Counted from the stretch's first letter, positions 50,578 through 63,725 are shown. The stretch is 64,000 nt of DNA from Mobula hypostoma (GCF_963921235.1 NC_086108.1:75208001-75272000); one strand, 5' to 3'. Made by a program: numbers and translations. Notes: generated from the sequence alone by a model not told the origin.

Positions 50578-53500
50578 TTTCCTAAGCTCCATGTACCTAT
50601 CCAAAAGTCTTTTAAAAGACCCTATCGTATCCGCCTCCATCACCGTTGCCGGCAGCCCATTCCACGCACTCACCACTATCTGCGTAAAAAACTTACCCCT
50701 GATATCTCCTCTGTACCTATTCCCCAGGACCTTAAACCTGTGTCCTCTTGTGGCAACCATTTCAGCCTGGGAAAAAGCCTCTGACTATCCGCACGATCAA
50801 TGCCTCTCATCATCTTATACACCTCTATTAGGTCACCTCTCATCTTCTGTTGCTCCAAGGAGAAAAGGGTCACTTCACTCAACCTATCCTCATAAGGCAT
50901 GCTCCCCAATCCAAGCAATATTCTTGTAAATCTCCTCTGCACCCTTTCTATGGCTTCCACACTCTTCCTGTAGTGAGGCGACCAGAACTGAGCACAGTAC
51001 TCCAAGTGGGGTCTGACCGGGGTCCTATATAGCTGCAACATTACCTCTCAGCTCCTAAATTCAATTCCATGATTGGTGAAGGCCAATACACCGTACGCCT
51101 TCTTAACCACAGAGTCAACCTGCACAGCTGCTTTGAGCGTCCTATGGACTCGGACCCCAAGATCTCTCCGATCCTTCACACTGCCAAGAGTCTTACCATT
51201 AATGCTATATTCTGCCATCATATTTGACCAACCAAAATGAACCACTTCACACTTATCTGGGTTGAACTCCATCTGCCTCTGCTCATCCCAGTTTTGCATC
51301 CTATCAGTGTCCTGCTGTAACCTCTGACAGCCGTCCACACTATCCACAACACCTCCAACCTTTGTGTCATCCTAACTTCCTAACCCATCCCTCCACTTCC
51401 TCATTCAGGTCATTTGTAAAAATCACGAAGAGTAACGGTCCCAGAACAGATCCCTGAGGCACTCCACTGGTGACCAACCTCCATGCAGAATATGAGCCAT
51501 CTACAACCATTCTTTGCCTTCTGTGGGCAAGCCAGTTCTAGATCCACAAAGCAATGTCCCCTTGGATTCCATGCCTCCTTACTTTCTTAATAAGCCTTGC
51601 ATGGGGTAACTTATCAAATGCCTTGCTGAAATCCATATACACTACATTTACTGCTCTTCCTTCATCAATGTGTTTAGTCACATCCTCAAAAAATTCAATC
51701 AGGTTCGTAAGGCATGACCTGCCCTTGACAAAGCCATGCTGACTATTCCTAATCATATTATACCTCTCCAAATGTTCATAAATCCTGCCTCTCAGGATCT
51801 TCTCCATCACCTTACCAACCACTGAGGTAAGACTCACTGGTCTATAATTTCCAAGGTTATCTCTACTCCCTTTCTTGAATAAAGGAACCATAGAACCATA
51901 GAACCGTAGAAACTACAGCACAGAAACAGGCCCTTTGGCCCTTCTTGGCTGTGCCGAACCATTTTCTGCCTAGTCCCACTGACCTCCACACGGATCATAT
52001 CCCTCCATACACCTCCCATCCATGTATCTGTCCAATTTATTCTTAAACATCAAAAAAGAACCCGCATTTACCACCTCGTCTGGCAGCTCATTCCATACTC
52101 CCACCACTCTCTGTGTGAAGAAGCCCCCCCTAATATTCCCTTTAAACTTTTCCCCTCTCACCCTTAACCCATGTCCTCTGGTTTTTTTCTCCCCTTGCCT
52201 CAGTGGAAAAAGCCTGCTTGCATTCACTCTATCTATACCCATCATATTTTTATATACCTCTATCAAATCTCCCCTCATTCTTTACGCTCCAGGGAATAAA
52301 GTCCTAACCTATTCAACCTTTCTTTGTAACTGAGTTTCTCAAGTCCTGGCAACATCCTTGTAAACCTTCTCTGCACTCTTTCAATGTTATTTATATCCTT
52401 CCTGTAATTTGGTGACCAAAACTGAACACAATACTCCAGATTCGGCCTCACCAATGCCTTATACAACCTCATCATAACATTCCAGCTCTCATACTCAATA
52501 CTTTGATTAATAAAGGCCAATGTACCAAAAGCTCTCTTTACAACCCTATCTACCTGTGACGACACTCTTAGGGAATTTTGTATCTGTATTCCCAGATCTC
52601 TCTGTTCCACTGCACTCCTCAGTGCCTTACCATTAACCCTCTATGTTTAACGTTGGTTTGTCCTTCCAACGTGCAATACCTGACACTTGTCAGTATTAAA
52701 CTCCATCTGCCATTTTTCAGCCCATTTTTCCAGCTGGTCCAAGTCCCTCTGCAGGCTCTGAAAACCTTCCTCACTGTCTACTACACCTCCAATCTTTGTA
52801 TCATCAGCAAACTTGCTGATCCAATTTACCACATTATCATCCAGATCATTGATATAGATGACAAATAACAATGGACCCAGCACTGATCCCTGTGGCACAC
52901 CACTAGTCACAGAACAACGTCCGCAAGCCTCCGGAACCTCTCCCATCCCCATTGATGATGCAAAGATCATCGCCAGAGGCTCAGCAATCTCCTCCCTCGC
53001 CTCCCACAATAGCCTGGGGTACATCTCATCTGGTCCTGGTGACTTATCCAACTTGATGCTTTCCAAAAGCTCCAGCACATCCTCTTTCTTAATATCTAAA
53101 TGCTCAAGCTTTTCAGTCTTCTGCAACTCATCACTGCAATCACCAAGATCCTTTTCCATAGTGAATACCGAAGTGAAATATTCATTAAGTACCTCTGCTA
53201 TTTCCTTCGGTTCCGTACATACTTTCCCACTGTCACACTTGATTGGTCCTATTCTTTCACGTCTTATCCTCTTGCGCTTCACATACTTGTAGAATGCCTT
53301 GGGGTTTTCCTTAATCCTGCCGGCCAAAGGCCTTCTCATGGCCCCTTCTGGCTCTCCTAATTTCCTTCTTAAGCTCCTTCCTATTAGCCTTATAATCTTC
53401 TAGATCTCTAACATTACCTAGCTCTCTGAACCTTTTGTAAGCTTTTCTTTTCTTTTTGATTAGATTTATTACAGCCTTTGTACACCACGGTTCCTGTACT

Positions 53501-53985
53501 CTACTATAACTTCCCTGTCTCATTGGAATGTACCTATGCAGAACTCCACACAAATATTCCCTGAACATTTGCCACATTTCTTCCATACTTTCCCCTGAGA
53601 ACACCTGTTTCCAATTTAAGCTTCCAATTTCCTGCCTGATAGCCTCATAATTCCGCTTACTCCAATTAAATGCTTTACTAACTTGTCTGTTCTTATCTCT
53701 CTCCAGTGCTATTGTAAAGAAGATAGAACTGTGATCACTATCTCCAAAATGCTCTCCCACTGAGAGATCTGACACCTGACCAGGTTCATTTCCCAATACC
53801 AAATCAAGTACAGACTCTCCTCTTGTCGGCTTATCTACATATTGTGTCAAGAAACCTTCCTGAACACACCTAACAAATTCCACCCCATCTAAACCCCTTG
53901 CTCTAGGGAGATGCCAATCGATATTTGGGAAATTAAAATCTCCCATCACGACAACTCTGTTACTATTAGACCTTTCCAGGATCTA
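50577..53985 (-). mobile_element. CR1 LINE (endonuclease C-part to RT) interrupted by a second CR1
   Basis: MGDFNFPNIDW, LDLVLGN and SDH (APE); NYRPVSLTSVVGK and DFSKAFDK (RT); split at gaac 51885-51888 / 52912-52915. Confidence 0.88.
51889..52911 (-). mobile_element. Nested 5'-truncated CR1 with (TTCTATGG)n tail
   Basis: catagaaccatagaaccgtagaaactacagc tail; [18 protein letters not shown] and VRPNLEYCVQFWSP. Confidence 0.88.
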
Positions 53986-53989
53986 TAAA

Positions 53990-54848
53990 ATAGTCATAGT
54001 CATAGTCATAGTCATACTTTATTGATCCTGAGGGAAATTGGGTTTCGTTACAGTTGCACCAACCAAGAATAGAGTGTAAATATAGCAATACAAAGCCATA
54101 AATAATTAAATAATAATATGTAAATTATGCCAGATGGAAATAAGTCCAGGACCAGCCTATTGGCTCAAGGTGTCTGACCCTCCAAGGGAGGAGTTGTAAA
54201 GTGTGATGGCCACAGGCAGGAATGACTTCCTATGACGCTCTATGTTGCATCTCGGTGGAATGAGTCTCTGGCTGAATGTACTCCTGTGCCCAACCAGTAC
54301 ATTATGTAGTGGATGGGAGACATTGTTCAAGATGGCATGCAACTTGGACAGCATCCTCTTTTCAGACACCACCGTCAGAGAGTCCAGTTCCCTCCCCACA
54401 ACATCACTGGCCTTACGAATGTGCTTGTTGATTCTGTTGGTGTCTGCTACCCTCAGCCTGCTGCCCCAGCACACAACAGCAAACATGATCGCACTGGCCA
54501 CCACAGACTCGTAGAACATCCTCAGCATCGTCCAACAGATGTTAAAAGACTTCAGTCTCCTCAGGAAATAGAGACAGCTCTGACCCTTCTTGTAGACAGC
54601 CTCAGTGTTCTTTCACCAGTCCAGTTTATTGTCAATTCGTATCCCCAGGTATTTGTAATCCTCCACCATGTCCACACTGACCCCCTGGATGGAAACAGGG
54701 GTCACCAGTACCTTAGCTCTCCTCAGGTCTACCACCAGCTCCTTAGTCTTTTTCACATTAAGCTGCAGATAATTCTGCTCACACCATGTGACAAAGTTTC
54801 CTACCGTAGCCCTGTATTCAGCCTCGTCTCCCTTGCTGATGCATCCAA
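53990..54848 (-). mobile_element. Rex1/Babar LINE 3' part with (GACTAT)n tail
   Basis: ORF 54157-54528 MLRMFYESVVASAIMFAVVCWG...SHPLH...RKSFLPVAITLYN. Confidence 0.85.
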
Positions 54849-55058
54849 ATCTCAGCTCTGCCTCCTATATTCACCACCGCCATCATACTCAATCGAAAAA
54901 GAAATATTTCAAATTAAAAGTGAATTCCACCATTGCCAAAGCAAACTTGATTATTAATGCTATCACTAATTATCCAAAACCAAGAGCATAGATACAAACA
55001 TTTCTTTAGGTCTGAAATGCTTGTTGTGATTAACTCTCTCCTCATTTCTCTTTGGCAG

Positions 55059-55105
55059 GTTTCAAAAATGAAGGATGGAAAATTGGACCGTGATCTGGAC
55101 ATAGG
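55059..55105 (+). CDS. Candidate host exon (VSKMKDGKLDRDLDIG), gene unidentified
   Basis: Acceptor ctctctcctcatttctctttggcag, donor GG|gtaagt, and only one open frame. Confidence 0.4.
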
Positions 55106-55431
55106 GTAAGTGCAAGACGTGAGTTTACACAGCAAGTGGAATGAAGCATGATTCAATTCATTATGGCTTAAGACATGCATGACCTATATTTAATATTCAT
55201 TCTATGAAGCTCTCCTATTGTCCTTAAATACTGTAGGCAATCTATTAATTCAGATTTTTATCATCAATGTATCCCATTGTAGCTGGAAGGTCTACAAAGA
55301 GACAAGTCAGTGTTTAATTCTGAAAATTTACACTGCTTACTATAGATTCCTATAGATTTTGTTTTTAATAGTTGTGCCAATTTCAAATTCTTGTTGTCCA
55401 AATTAATTGATCTGAAAATAAAGCTGAGTAA

Positions 55432-55582
55432 CACACATCAAATTTGCTGGTGAACACAGCAGGCCACACAGCATCTCTAGGAAGAGGTACAGTTGACGTT
55501 TCGGGCCGAGACCCTTCGTCAGGACTAACTGAAGGAAGGGCTAGTAAGAGATTTGAAAGTGGGTGGGGGAGGGGGAGATCCA
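55432..55582 (-). mobile_element. Short PLE terminal-repeat insertion
   Basis: 12-bp TSD aaagctgagtaa (55420-55431 / 55583-55594). Confidence 0.85.
55490..55526 (-). ncRNA. Minimal hammerhead ribozyme motif, intact core
   Basis: Reverse complement agtc CTGACGA a gggt ctcg gccc GAAAC GTC aactg, with one stem-I mismatch. Confidence 0.75.
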
Positions 55583-56877
55583 AAAGCTGAGTAAGCAGGC
55601 TTTTAAATTTTAGAGTAGACAGAATATGTAAACAATCATTAGATGTTAATTATTAAAACTCTCTGCCAAAATTAATTAGGGTAAATGTTGTATGGAAAAT
55701 GTATTTTTCTTGTTGTAATGTGTGTTAGGAAAATGGGGAAACTGTAAAAGCTCCTCTTCTTGACATATCACTGAACTATGCACACCTACAATCTTACCTT
55801 TGGACTGAACATTCAGAGGCTGGTTTAAAATCTAACTCACATTTTACCAACAACTGAGCTTCTTAAGTAGGCTGTAAAAAAACCTGCATTTGAGTAAAAC
55901 AGTATGTCATACATTTAAATTAAATTTAAAGACAAAATAGATCATTATTCAAAAGCTTTTTTTTTGCCAACTAACACCAGGTTGAACATAAAATATGTCT
56001 GTTCTACACGATGGAAAACAAGCTGATGACTTGACTAGAATGCTGTTACTTTCTACAAAAAATGAAGTCCAAGTAGACATCAACATGTATAATTACATTA
56101 ATCTGTTTGGGATTGCACTTTCAATCATTAAGGTTAATTTTTATGTCTGCTTCATTTCAGCACCTTTTGTATACTGCCATTTTGAGTATGTGATTTTTAA
56201 TGGGAGAAATTGTTGATGATATTATCATACAAACGGCCCATTCCCCAGTTACAATAATACTTCAATAAATCTCATAGAATTTGATAGCTTACTGTGCACA
56301 GCCTGATATAACTTATTTGCAACTAAAATTAGCATTTATAATTCCCTATCTTTTACATCTGTTCCAAATAATGGATTTATTTGAAAATTTGGTCAATAAC
56401 GCACAAATATTCACACAAAGCAACAAGGGTATTAAATCTGCATTACTGACATGTGTATGCTCAGCCCTCACTATCAAAATCCAGGGGTCATCTTAGACCA
56501 GAAAGCAGCAACAAAAATATTATGTCTGCAAGAATAGGTCAATCGCTTGAAATCACGTACTAACTGACTCCCTTCCTGATACCACAAAGTATCAGAAGGT
56601 ACTAGTCAGGAATGTGATGGAATCATTTCCACCTGCCTGAATGAGTGCAGTCCAACAACATCCACCATCCTAAACATTTATTCCTTCCATCGCAGGCACA
56701 GAGTTGTTGGATTATGTACTGAGTAGAAAATGCACTGTGTTTATTAGCCTTGACTACAAGACCTCCCAAACCTCAGGTCACCACATCAAAGAAGGACAAG
56801 AAAAACAAATGTGTGGGATACCTACTATCACCCTCAGTTCTCTACAAGTAACACATAATCCTGACTCAGAAATATAA

Positions 56878-57966
56878 ACACGAGGAAATCTGCAGATGCT
56901 GGAATTTCAAGCAACACACATCAAAGTTGCTGGTGAACGCAGCAGGCCAGGCAGCATCTCTAGGAAGAGGTACAGTCGACATTTTGGGCCAAGACCCTTC
57001 GTCAGGACTAACTGAAAGAAGAGCTAGTAAGAGATTTGAAAGTGGGAAGGGGAGGTGGAGATCTGAAATGATAGGAGAAGACAGGAGGGGGAGGGATGGA
57101 GCCAAGAGCTGGACAGTTGATTTGCAAAAGGGATATGAGAGGATCATGAGACAGGACGGCCTAGGGAGAAAGAAAAGGGGGAGGGGGGAAAATACCAGAG
57201 GATGGGCAAAGGGTATAGTGAGGGGGACAGACGGAGAAAAAGGAGAGAGAGAAAAAGAATGTGTGTATATAAATAAATAACTGATGGGGTAAGGGGGGAG
57301 GTGGGGCATTAGCGGAAGTTTGAGAAGTCAATATTCATGCCATCAGGTTGGAGGCTACTCAGACGGAATATAAGGCGTCGTTCCTCCAACACCTACTCTC
57401 TGTCCGCCAGAGAAAGCAGGACCTTCCAGTGGCCATACATTTTAATTCCACGTCCCATTCCCATTCTGATATGCCTATCCAAGGCCTCCTCTACTGTAAA
57501 GATGAAGCCACACTCAGGTTGGAGGAACAACACCCTATATTCCGTCTGGGTAGCCTCCAACCTGATGGCATGAACATTGACTTCTCAAACTTCCGCTAAT
57601 GCCCCACCTCCCCCTCGTACCCCATCCGTTATTTATTTATATACACACATTCTTTCTCCTTTTTCTCCCTCTGTCCCTCTCACTATACCCCTTGCCCATC
57701 CTCTGGGTTTTCCCCCCCTCCCCCTTTTCTTTCTCCCTGGGCCTCCTGTCCCATGATCCTCTCACATCCCCTTTGCCAATCACCTGTCCAGCTCTTGGCT
57801 CCATCCCTCCCCCTCCTGTCTTCTCCTATCATTTCGGATCTCCACCTCCCCCTCCCACTTTCAAATCTCTTACTAGTTCTTCTTTCAGTTAGTCCTGATG
57901 AAGTGTCTCGGCCCGAAACGTCGACTGCACCTCTTCCTAGAGATGCTGCCTGGCCTGCTGCGTTCA
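56878..57966. mobile_element. Head-to-head (inverted) Penelope-like element
   Basis: 12-bp TSD tcagaaatataa (56866-56877 / 57967-57978); inverted arms join at ~57385-57390; hammerhead motifs at 56973-57009 (-) and 57891-57927 (+). Confidence 0.9.
57891..57927 (+). ncRNA. Minimal hammerhead ribozyme motif, intact core
   Basis: agtc CTGATGA a gtgt ctcg gccc GAAAC GTC gactg, with one stem-II mismatch. Confidence 0.75.
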
Positions 57967-58147
57967 TCAGAAATATAATGCTGTTCTTTATCATCAGTGA
58001 TGATCATGAGGATATGTCACCACCATTTTTTCAAGACCATTAAAACAGCCAATAATATTGGGCACCCCAATCAATCTCAGATACCTTAGAGTGTAGTAAA
58101 ATATCTTCAAAATGGCAAGAATTGGAAATTGATTAGTGCATGCTTCA

Positions 58148-58410
58148 AAATTCAAAGTTCAAAGTAAATTATTACCAAAGTACATATCTGTCACCATATA
58201 CAACCCTGAGATTCATTTTCTTGCAGGCATTCTCAATGGACCCAATAACCATAATAGAATCAATGAAAGACTGCTCTAACAGGGTAAACAACTGTATGCA
58301 GAAGACAACAAACTGTGCAAATATAAAAAGAAAGAAAATGAGAGATAATAACAATAAATAAATAAAGACTAAATATCGAGAACATGAGAGTCCTTGAAAG
58401 AGAGTCCACA
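58148..58410 (-). mobile_element. LINE 3' UTR fragment (Rex1/Babar-type tail)
   Basis: Similar to the reverse complement of 36960-37165. Confidence 0.6.
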
Positions 58411-59035
58411 GGTAAGCAGTCACTGCATGGTATGTCAAAGACTATTTTGTTTGAGTACCACAGAAAAAAAAATCAGTGGTACACACAGCCTAAGAATGTC
58501 TTTCCTCAAAGATAAAAGAGAACACAAGTTATTTCAGCTAGAAATAATTTTTGGTTGTGCAATGAACAAAATATATCATGATGAGTCAGAGTTCAAAGTC
58601 CTACCTCAATGACTGTTAAGCTTCCAGAAATATGTTTATTTTAAAACCAAATTATGCTGTGCATTGCATTGCACAATTGCTTCAAATTATTATTGCCACT
58701 CATCAGTATTCTCAGAGGCATTGAAGTACAGCTATGTCTGAGACAACCCTGCCAGCACTGAAGGCATGAAATCCAATCCTTTTACAAATTAGACCTTTCC
58801 CACATTGGCAATTCCTTCACCTGGAATTGTTTGTGTTGGTAACACATGCCCAATCCAGCTTTTCTGCCTGCACAGCATACTTCACTTCTTTTGTGAATTT
58901 ATCTGATGTGTTTTCTTTAACTCCGGCCAGTACATGCTGATAAATTTGTGAGGGGAAAATACCGTCATGTGGCTATATGAACAGTTTGCAATAAACTTGC
59001 TGACAATAAGCCTTCTGTGTTTCATTTTGCTACAG

Positions 59036-59101
59036 AATGCCAACTATTAGAAATGCTGCCAATTATGTACTGAAAGAGTTGCTTCGGATCTGGCCCCCAT
59101 G
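59036..59101 (+). CDS. Candidate host exon (MPTIRNAANYVLKELLRIWPP), in frame with 55059-55105
   Basis: Acceptor ccttctgtgtttcattttgctacag and donor TG|gtatgg; 66 bp, phase 2-2, open. Confidence 0.4.
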
Positions 59102-60382
59102 GTATGGTGGAGGTTGCTATCTTAGGATACTTAAGGGCATCCTAACACTATTAGCATTGTACACAGGTCCCTGAGATTCTCTGTCATGCCCTTGTCAGTT
59201 CTGGAATGTGATACTTTACCTCTGTTAAATGTAAAAGGTAACATGCAAAAGCCATTGAAAAGCATTTGATTGCCAAGTGATGAAATTTATCTTGTTTACT
59301 TTTCATGAATGAAAATTGAATTGGTTTCCTTAAGCAAATATACTGTGCAAAGTGCACAAGCTTGTCTGGCTATAAAAAGTAGGTATCACAATAAAGGGAG
59401 CTGAGGGATTAGAATGATAACATCATTGAAGGGAGAAACAAAAGTAAATGCTTGTCTTAAGTGCAGTTCTAATGACCATTATATAAACACTAGAAACAGA
59501 AACTCAGTGTGAGGTAGCCTTTGGTATAAGAGGTTAGATTTCATTCCATCACAGCTGGCAAGATTGTCTCAGATATACCTGTACTCAAATGTCTCTTACT
59601 TAATTTTACTAATAAGTGTCAGAATAAGTGGCTTCAAGTCAGATCCTTCCTGCTCATGTTATTCTGAGCAGATTCAGCAGCATTGACACATATTCTTGGG
59701 AATTAGTTCCCACTCCTGATTGGTTGGAAGTCATTTTAGGACTGTGCCATAGAGATCAAAATTGGAAATTTAATCCAAGCTGACAGTGAAAATGAGAAGA
59801 AGGCTGGTTCAAAAACAAGAGTGCTAGGAACGACGGGTGGGGGAGTGGGGGGGGGCGGGTGACATGGCTCGATTACTGGATGGGGCACAGGATGGAAGGA
59901 AAGAAAATGCACTGTGATTGCTGAGAAGTAATATGCAAGGCTAGGTGGTACTCATCCACAACATCTTGTGAGTCACTCAACATTGAACAGCGACTTAATT
60001 GGACTGACTGCATAAATACTGTAACTACAAGAGCACACTGGAACCTCAGTACCCTGCAGTAACTAACTCATTTCCTGACACCACCAATTTTCAATGCAAA
60101 AAGTCTGGGATGTAACAGAATATTCTGCACTTAGGTGGATGAGTGCAACTTCAACAATACTTAGGAAGCTCTACCCCTCCAGGACAAAGTGGCTAGCTTG
60201 GCGGGTATCATCTTGTAAAATATACAATATTTCAAACAATTGTGTACCCTACCTGGAGCTTGTAGAATGCTTGCACTGCTGAAGCTAAGAAAAAAACAGC
60301 TCACTGTCACTTTCTTGATAGCAACAAGCATGGGACAATAAATGCTGCCGTGACACTAACACCTAAATTCCATGAATGAACA

Positions 60383-60905
60383 AAAGTTCAAGTTCAATTT
60401 TGTTGTCAGTCAACTGCATACGTGTTCATTCCTCCAGGCCAAGGCCTACAACACAGTGCAGATAGCTCACACACAACACATAAAGTAAGGTTTCCACAAA
60501 TAAGTTAACAAATAATAAAATATATTCCAGAGGATTGACATTTAGCATAAGGTGTATTTACGACACAAGTCAGAAAGTAATCAGTACAATGCTGCTGGTG
60601 CTTGGGTGATGAGAGCTGGGCGGTGGTGGGAAGTTCAGTAGTCTCATGGCCTAAAGGAAGAAGCTGTTTCCCATCCTAACAATCCTTGTTCTAATGCTAC
60701 AGAACCTCCTGCCTGATGATAGACGATCAAAGAGATTGTGGTACGGAAGAGAGGGAACTTTGACATTGTCTGGGACCTACATATGCAGCACTTCTGATAA
60801 ATATCTCCGATGGGTGAAAGAGAGACCCAGATGATCCTCTCAGCAGTCCTTGTAGTCCTTTGTAGGGTGTTGTGGCCAGATGCCTTTCAGTTTCCATACC
60901 AGATG
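60383..60905 (-). mobile_element. Rex1/Babar-type 3' fragment
   Basis: Similar to 2233-2740. Confidence 0.65.
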
Positions 60906-61174
60906 GTGAAGACATGCGGACACAGACCTTGGGTCATACTAGTGCATCTATCATATATTTGGGCTGTTGGTACTCCTGTGGTCTGGGTGTATCTGCAAGT
61001 CCAGGCTTCCTGTTGCTCTCTATCCAAAGAAAATTAAAGGAAAGAGAGCTTCCAGTGAGCAATGAACTACCAACACATTATGTTGAGTTGCAAACAGAGG
61101 TTGTAGTACACATCGGCCATTATCAACAGAAATAATATGGAGACATTATAAACATCTCTCCCACAGAGTGCCTG

Positions 61175-62205
61175 CATAGAACATAGAACAGCACACACAG
61201 GAACTGGCCCTTCAGCCCATGAGGTCTGTGTTGACCATGATGCTACATTAATTTAGCCTGTACATGGTCCATATCCCTCCATTCATGTTGATGTGCCAGT
61301 TTTGTATGCCTCTCAAACACCATGAATGTGTCTGGTTCCAACGCCACACCTGGCAACATGCTCTAGACACCAGCCTCTCTTGGTAGAAAATGATGCCACC
61401 ACATTTACTTTACAGTTCCACACCCCATTTTAGTAGTTGACATTCCTACCCTGGGAGAAAGAGTGCCTATCTACCATTTCTACATCTCTCATAATCTGTT
61501 GGACTCCATGCGATCTCATCTCAGCCTCTGATATTCCAGAGAAAACAATTCAAGTTTGTATAGCCTCTCCTTATGACACACGCCCTCCAATTCAACCAGT
61601 AACCTGTCCCACACCCTCTCCAAACCCTCCAACTCCTTCTGGAAATCGGGTGAAGGGAACTGAACATAGTATTCCAAATGTGAATGAATAGAAGTTTGAT
61701 ACAGCTATGACTTCCTGACTCTTATACTCAATACCTCAACTGATGAAAGCAAGCATACTTTTACACCCTCTGTAGCATCCTACCTACTTGTTTCGTGACT
61801 TCAAGGAATAAGGGATTGGACCGCTTACCAGAATCCCTTTACACACCAGTGCGCTTAAGGATATACCATTTACTGTATACTTTCCCCTTACCTTTAGTCC
61901 CCCAAAGTGTAGCAACTCATACCTGAGTGGATTAAACCCCCATCGACCATTCCTCTGCCCTTATCTGTAACAGATCTATATCCTGCTGTATCCTTTGACA
62001 ACCGTCTCCACTGTCCACCAATATTTGTAAAGTGTGCAAACTTACTAAATCAGCCAAGCTCCATTTTCATTTAGATCATTTGTATATATCATAGTAGCTC
62101 AGGTCTCAGAACTGATCTCTGCAGAGAACCACCTCCAGTCAGAATAACATGCTTCCATCTCAGACTTTTCTCTTCTATAGCCAAGTCAATTTTAAATCCA
62201 ATCTA
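61175..62205 (-). mobile_element. Old degraded CR1
   Basis: catagaacatagaacagcac tail and a degenerate RT 3' region. Confidence 0.65.
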
Positions 62206-62939
62206 CGTCTACCAAGTCAAGAAGAAAATCTTCAAATGCTACCAAGCCTTGCAGTAAGGAACATATCTCAGTGACCACTTGCTTTGAAAACACTACCTCT
62301 GAATGCTGCGTTGACAGGTAGAGGCAGGAACGTTGCTTCTAAAAGACCCTTGGCAGATAGGCCCTTCCGACCAGAGCCCATCTCCCGTTCTTCCAGGAAG
62401 CCTTTTTATCTTGCTCCTTCCATTCTAATCATATGGAAGCCAAGAAGGATTACTTCCAAAATCCATTGTTTCAACATTAATATTGAAGATTTTACCTCAA
62501 AATTATTCTCGATCTTCCTCAATCCATTGAAGCTGCAAAGTGCAGCCCACATGACCCCCAATAAACTATAACGTGTTAAGCCATCAGTAGAGCATCAAGT
62601 TATCAAGCATCATTTAATAAGCACAGATACTGTCCAGACATGATTTCCCATACAAAGCTCACATTCACTGTTCATTAACAAAGCACTGTCCCATTTGACA
62701 GGAAATATATCAAAATGAGTTTTGTGTGAGGATTAATGTCACTGCTGCATAGCCTCTGTCGTAACATCATGGCTCGTCTGTTAATTAAGGAGTCTATGAT
62801 GCAAATAACAGCAGTTGGTACATCAATATAACAGCTGTAATGAAAATAACAAACAAATGGGAAACTGTGATCCATAAGCTCATGCAACATGTGAGCTAAT
62901 GTCTATTTCTTAGTCACCATATCAAATGTAACAGGTGAG

Positions 62940-63725
62940 AAGATCATAGTTGAGAGCTTAACATCCAATGTCATACCTTGTATCAAAAGGAGAAGCAGGT
63001 AGGCAGAGAATATGCTGTAGCTTTTATAGTAAAAAAAGAAATCAAGTCCTCAGATCGAGGTGACGTAGGATGATAAGCTGTATTATCCTTGTAAATGGAG
63101 TTCAGAAACTGAAAGGTTAAAAAGACCCCGATGGGAGTTATATATGTACAGGCTTCCAAACGGTAGCCAGGATGTGGGGTACGAATGACAACAGGAGATA
63201 GAAAAGGCATGTAAAAGTGCAATGTTGCAATAGTCATGGGAATTTCAATATGTAGGTAGATTGGGAAAATGAGGTTGCTGCCGGATCCCAAGAGATGGAA
63301 TTTGTAGGATGCCTACAAATTTTTAGAGCAGCTTGTGGTTGAGCCCACTAGAGAATAGACAACTCTAGATTGGGGGTTGTGTAATGGCACTGCTTTAAGT
63401 AGGGAACTTAAGGTGAAGGAACCCTTGGAGGCAGTGATCATGATAGAATTTATTCCGTAGTTTGAGAGAGAGAAGCTGAAGTCAGATGTATCAGTATTAC
63501 AGTGGAGTGAGGGGAATTACAAAGGAATGAGAGAGGAGTGTTCCAAAGTGGATTGCAAGGGGATACTAGCAGGGATGAAAGCAGAACAGCAATAGCGGGA
63601 GTGATTCAGAAGATGCAGGATAGATACATACCAAAAAAGAAGCAATCTTCTAAAGGGAGGATGAGGTAACCATAGCTGACAAAGGAAGTAAAAGACAGCA
63701 TAAAATCAAAAAGAAGTCATACAAT
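62940..63725 (+). mobile_element. Degraded CR1 endonuclease region
   Basis: gtcatgggaatttcaata (MGDFN-like), gagcccactagagaatagacaactctagattgg and ggcagtgatcat (SDH). Confidence 0.65.

Noticed and set aside
52647..53339. 230-aa ORF as a novel shortened RT
   Set aside because: It is a chance in-frame fusion across the junction of two nested CR1 copies at ~52911.
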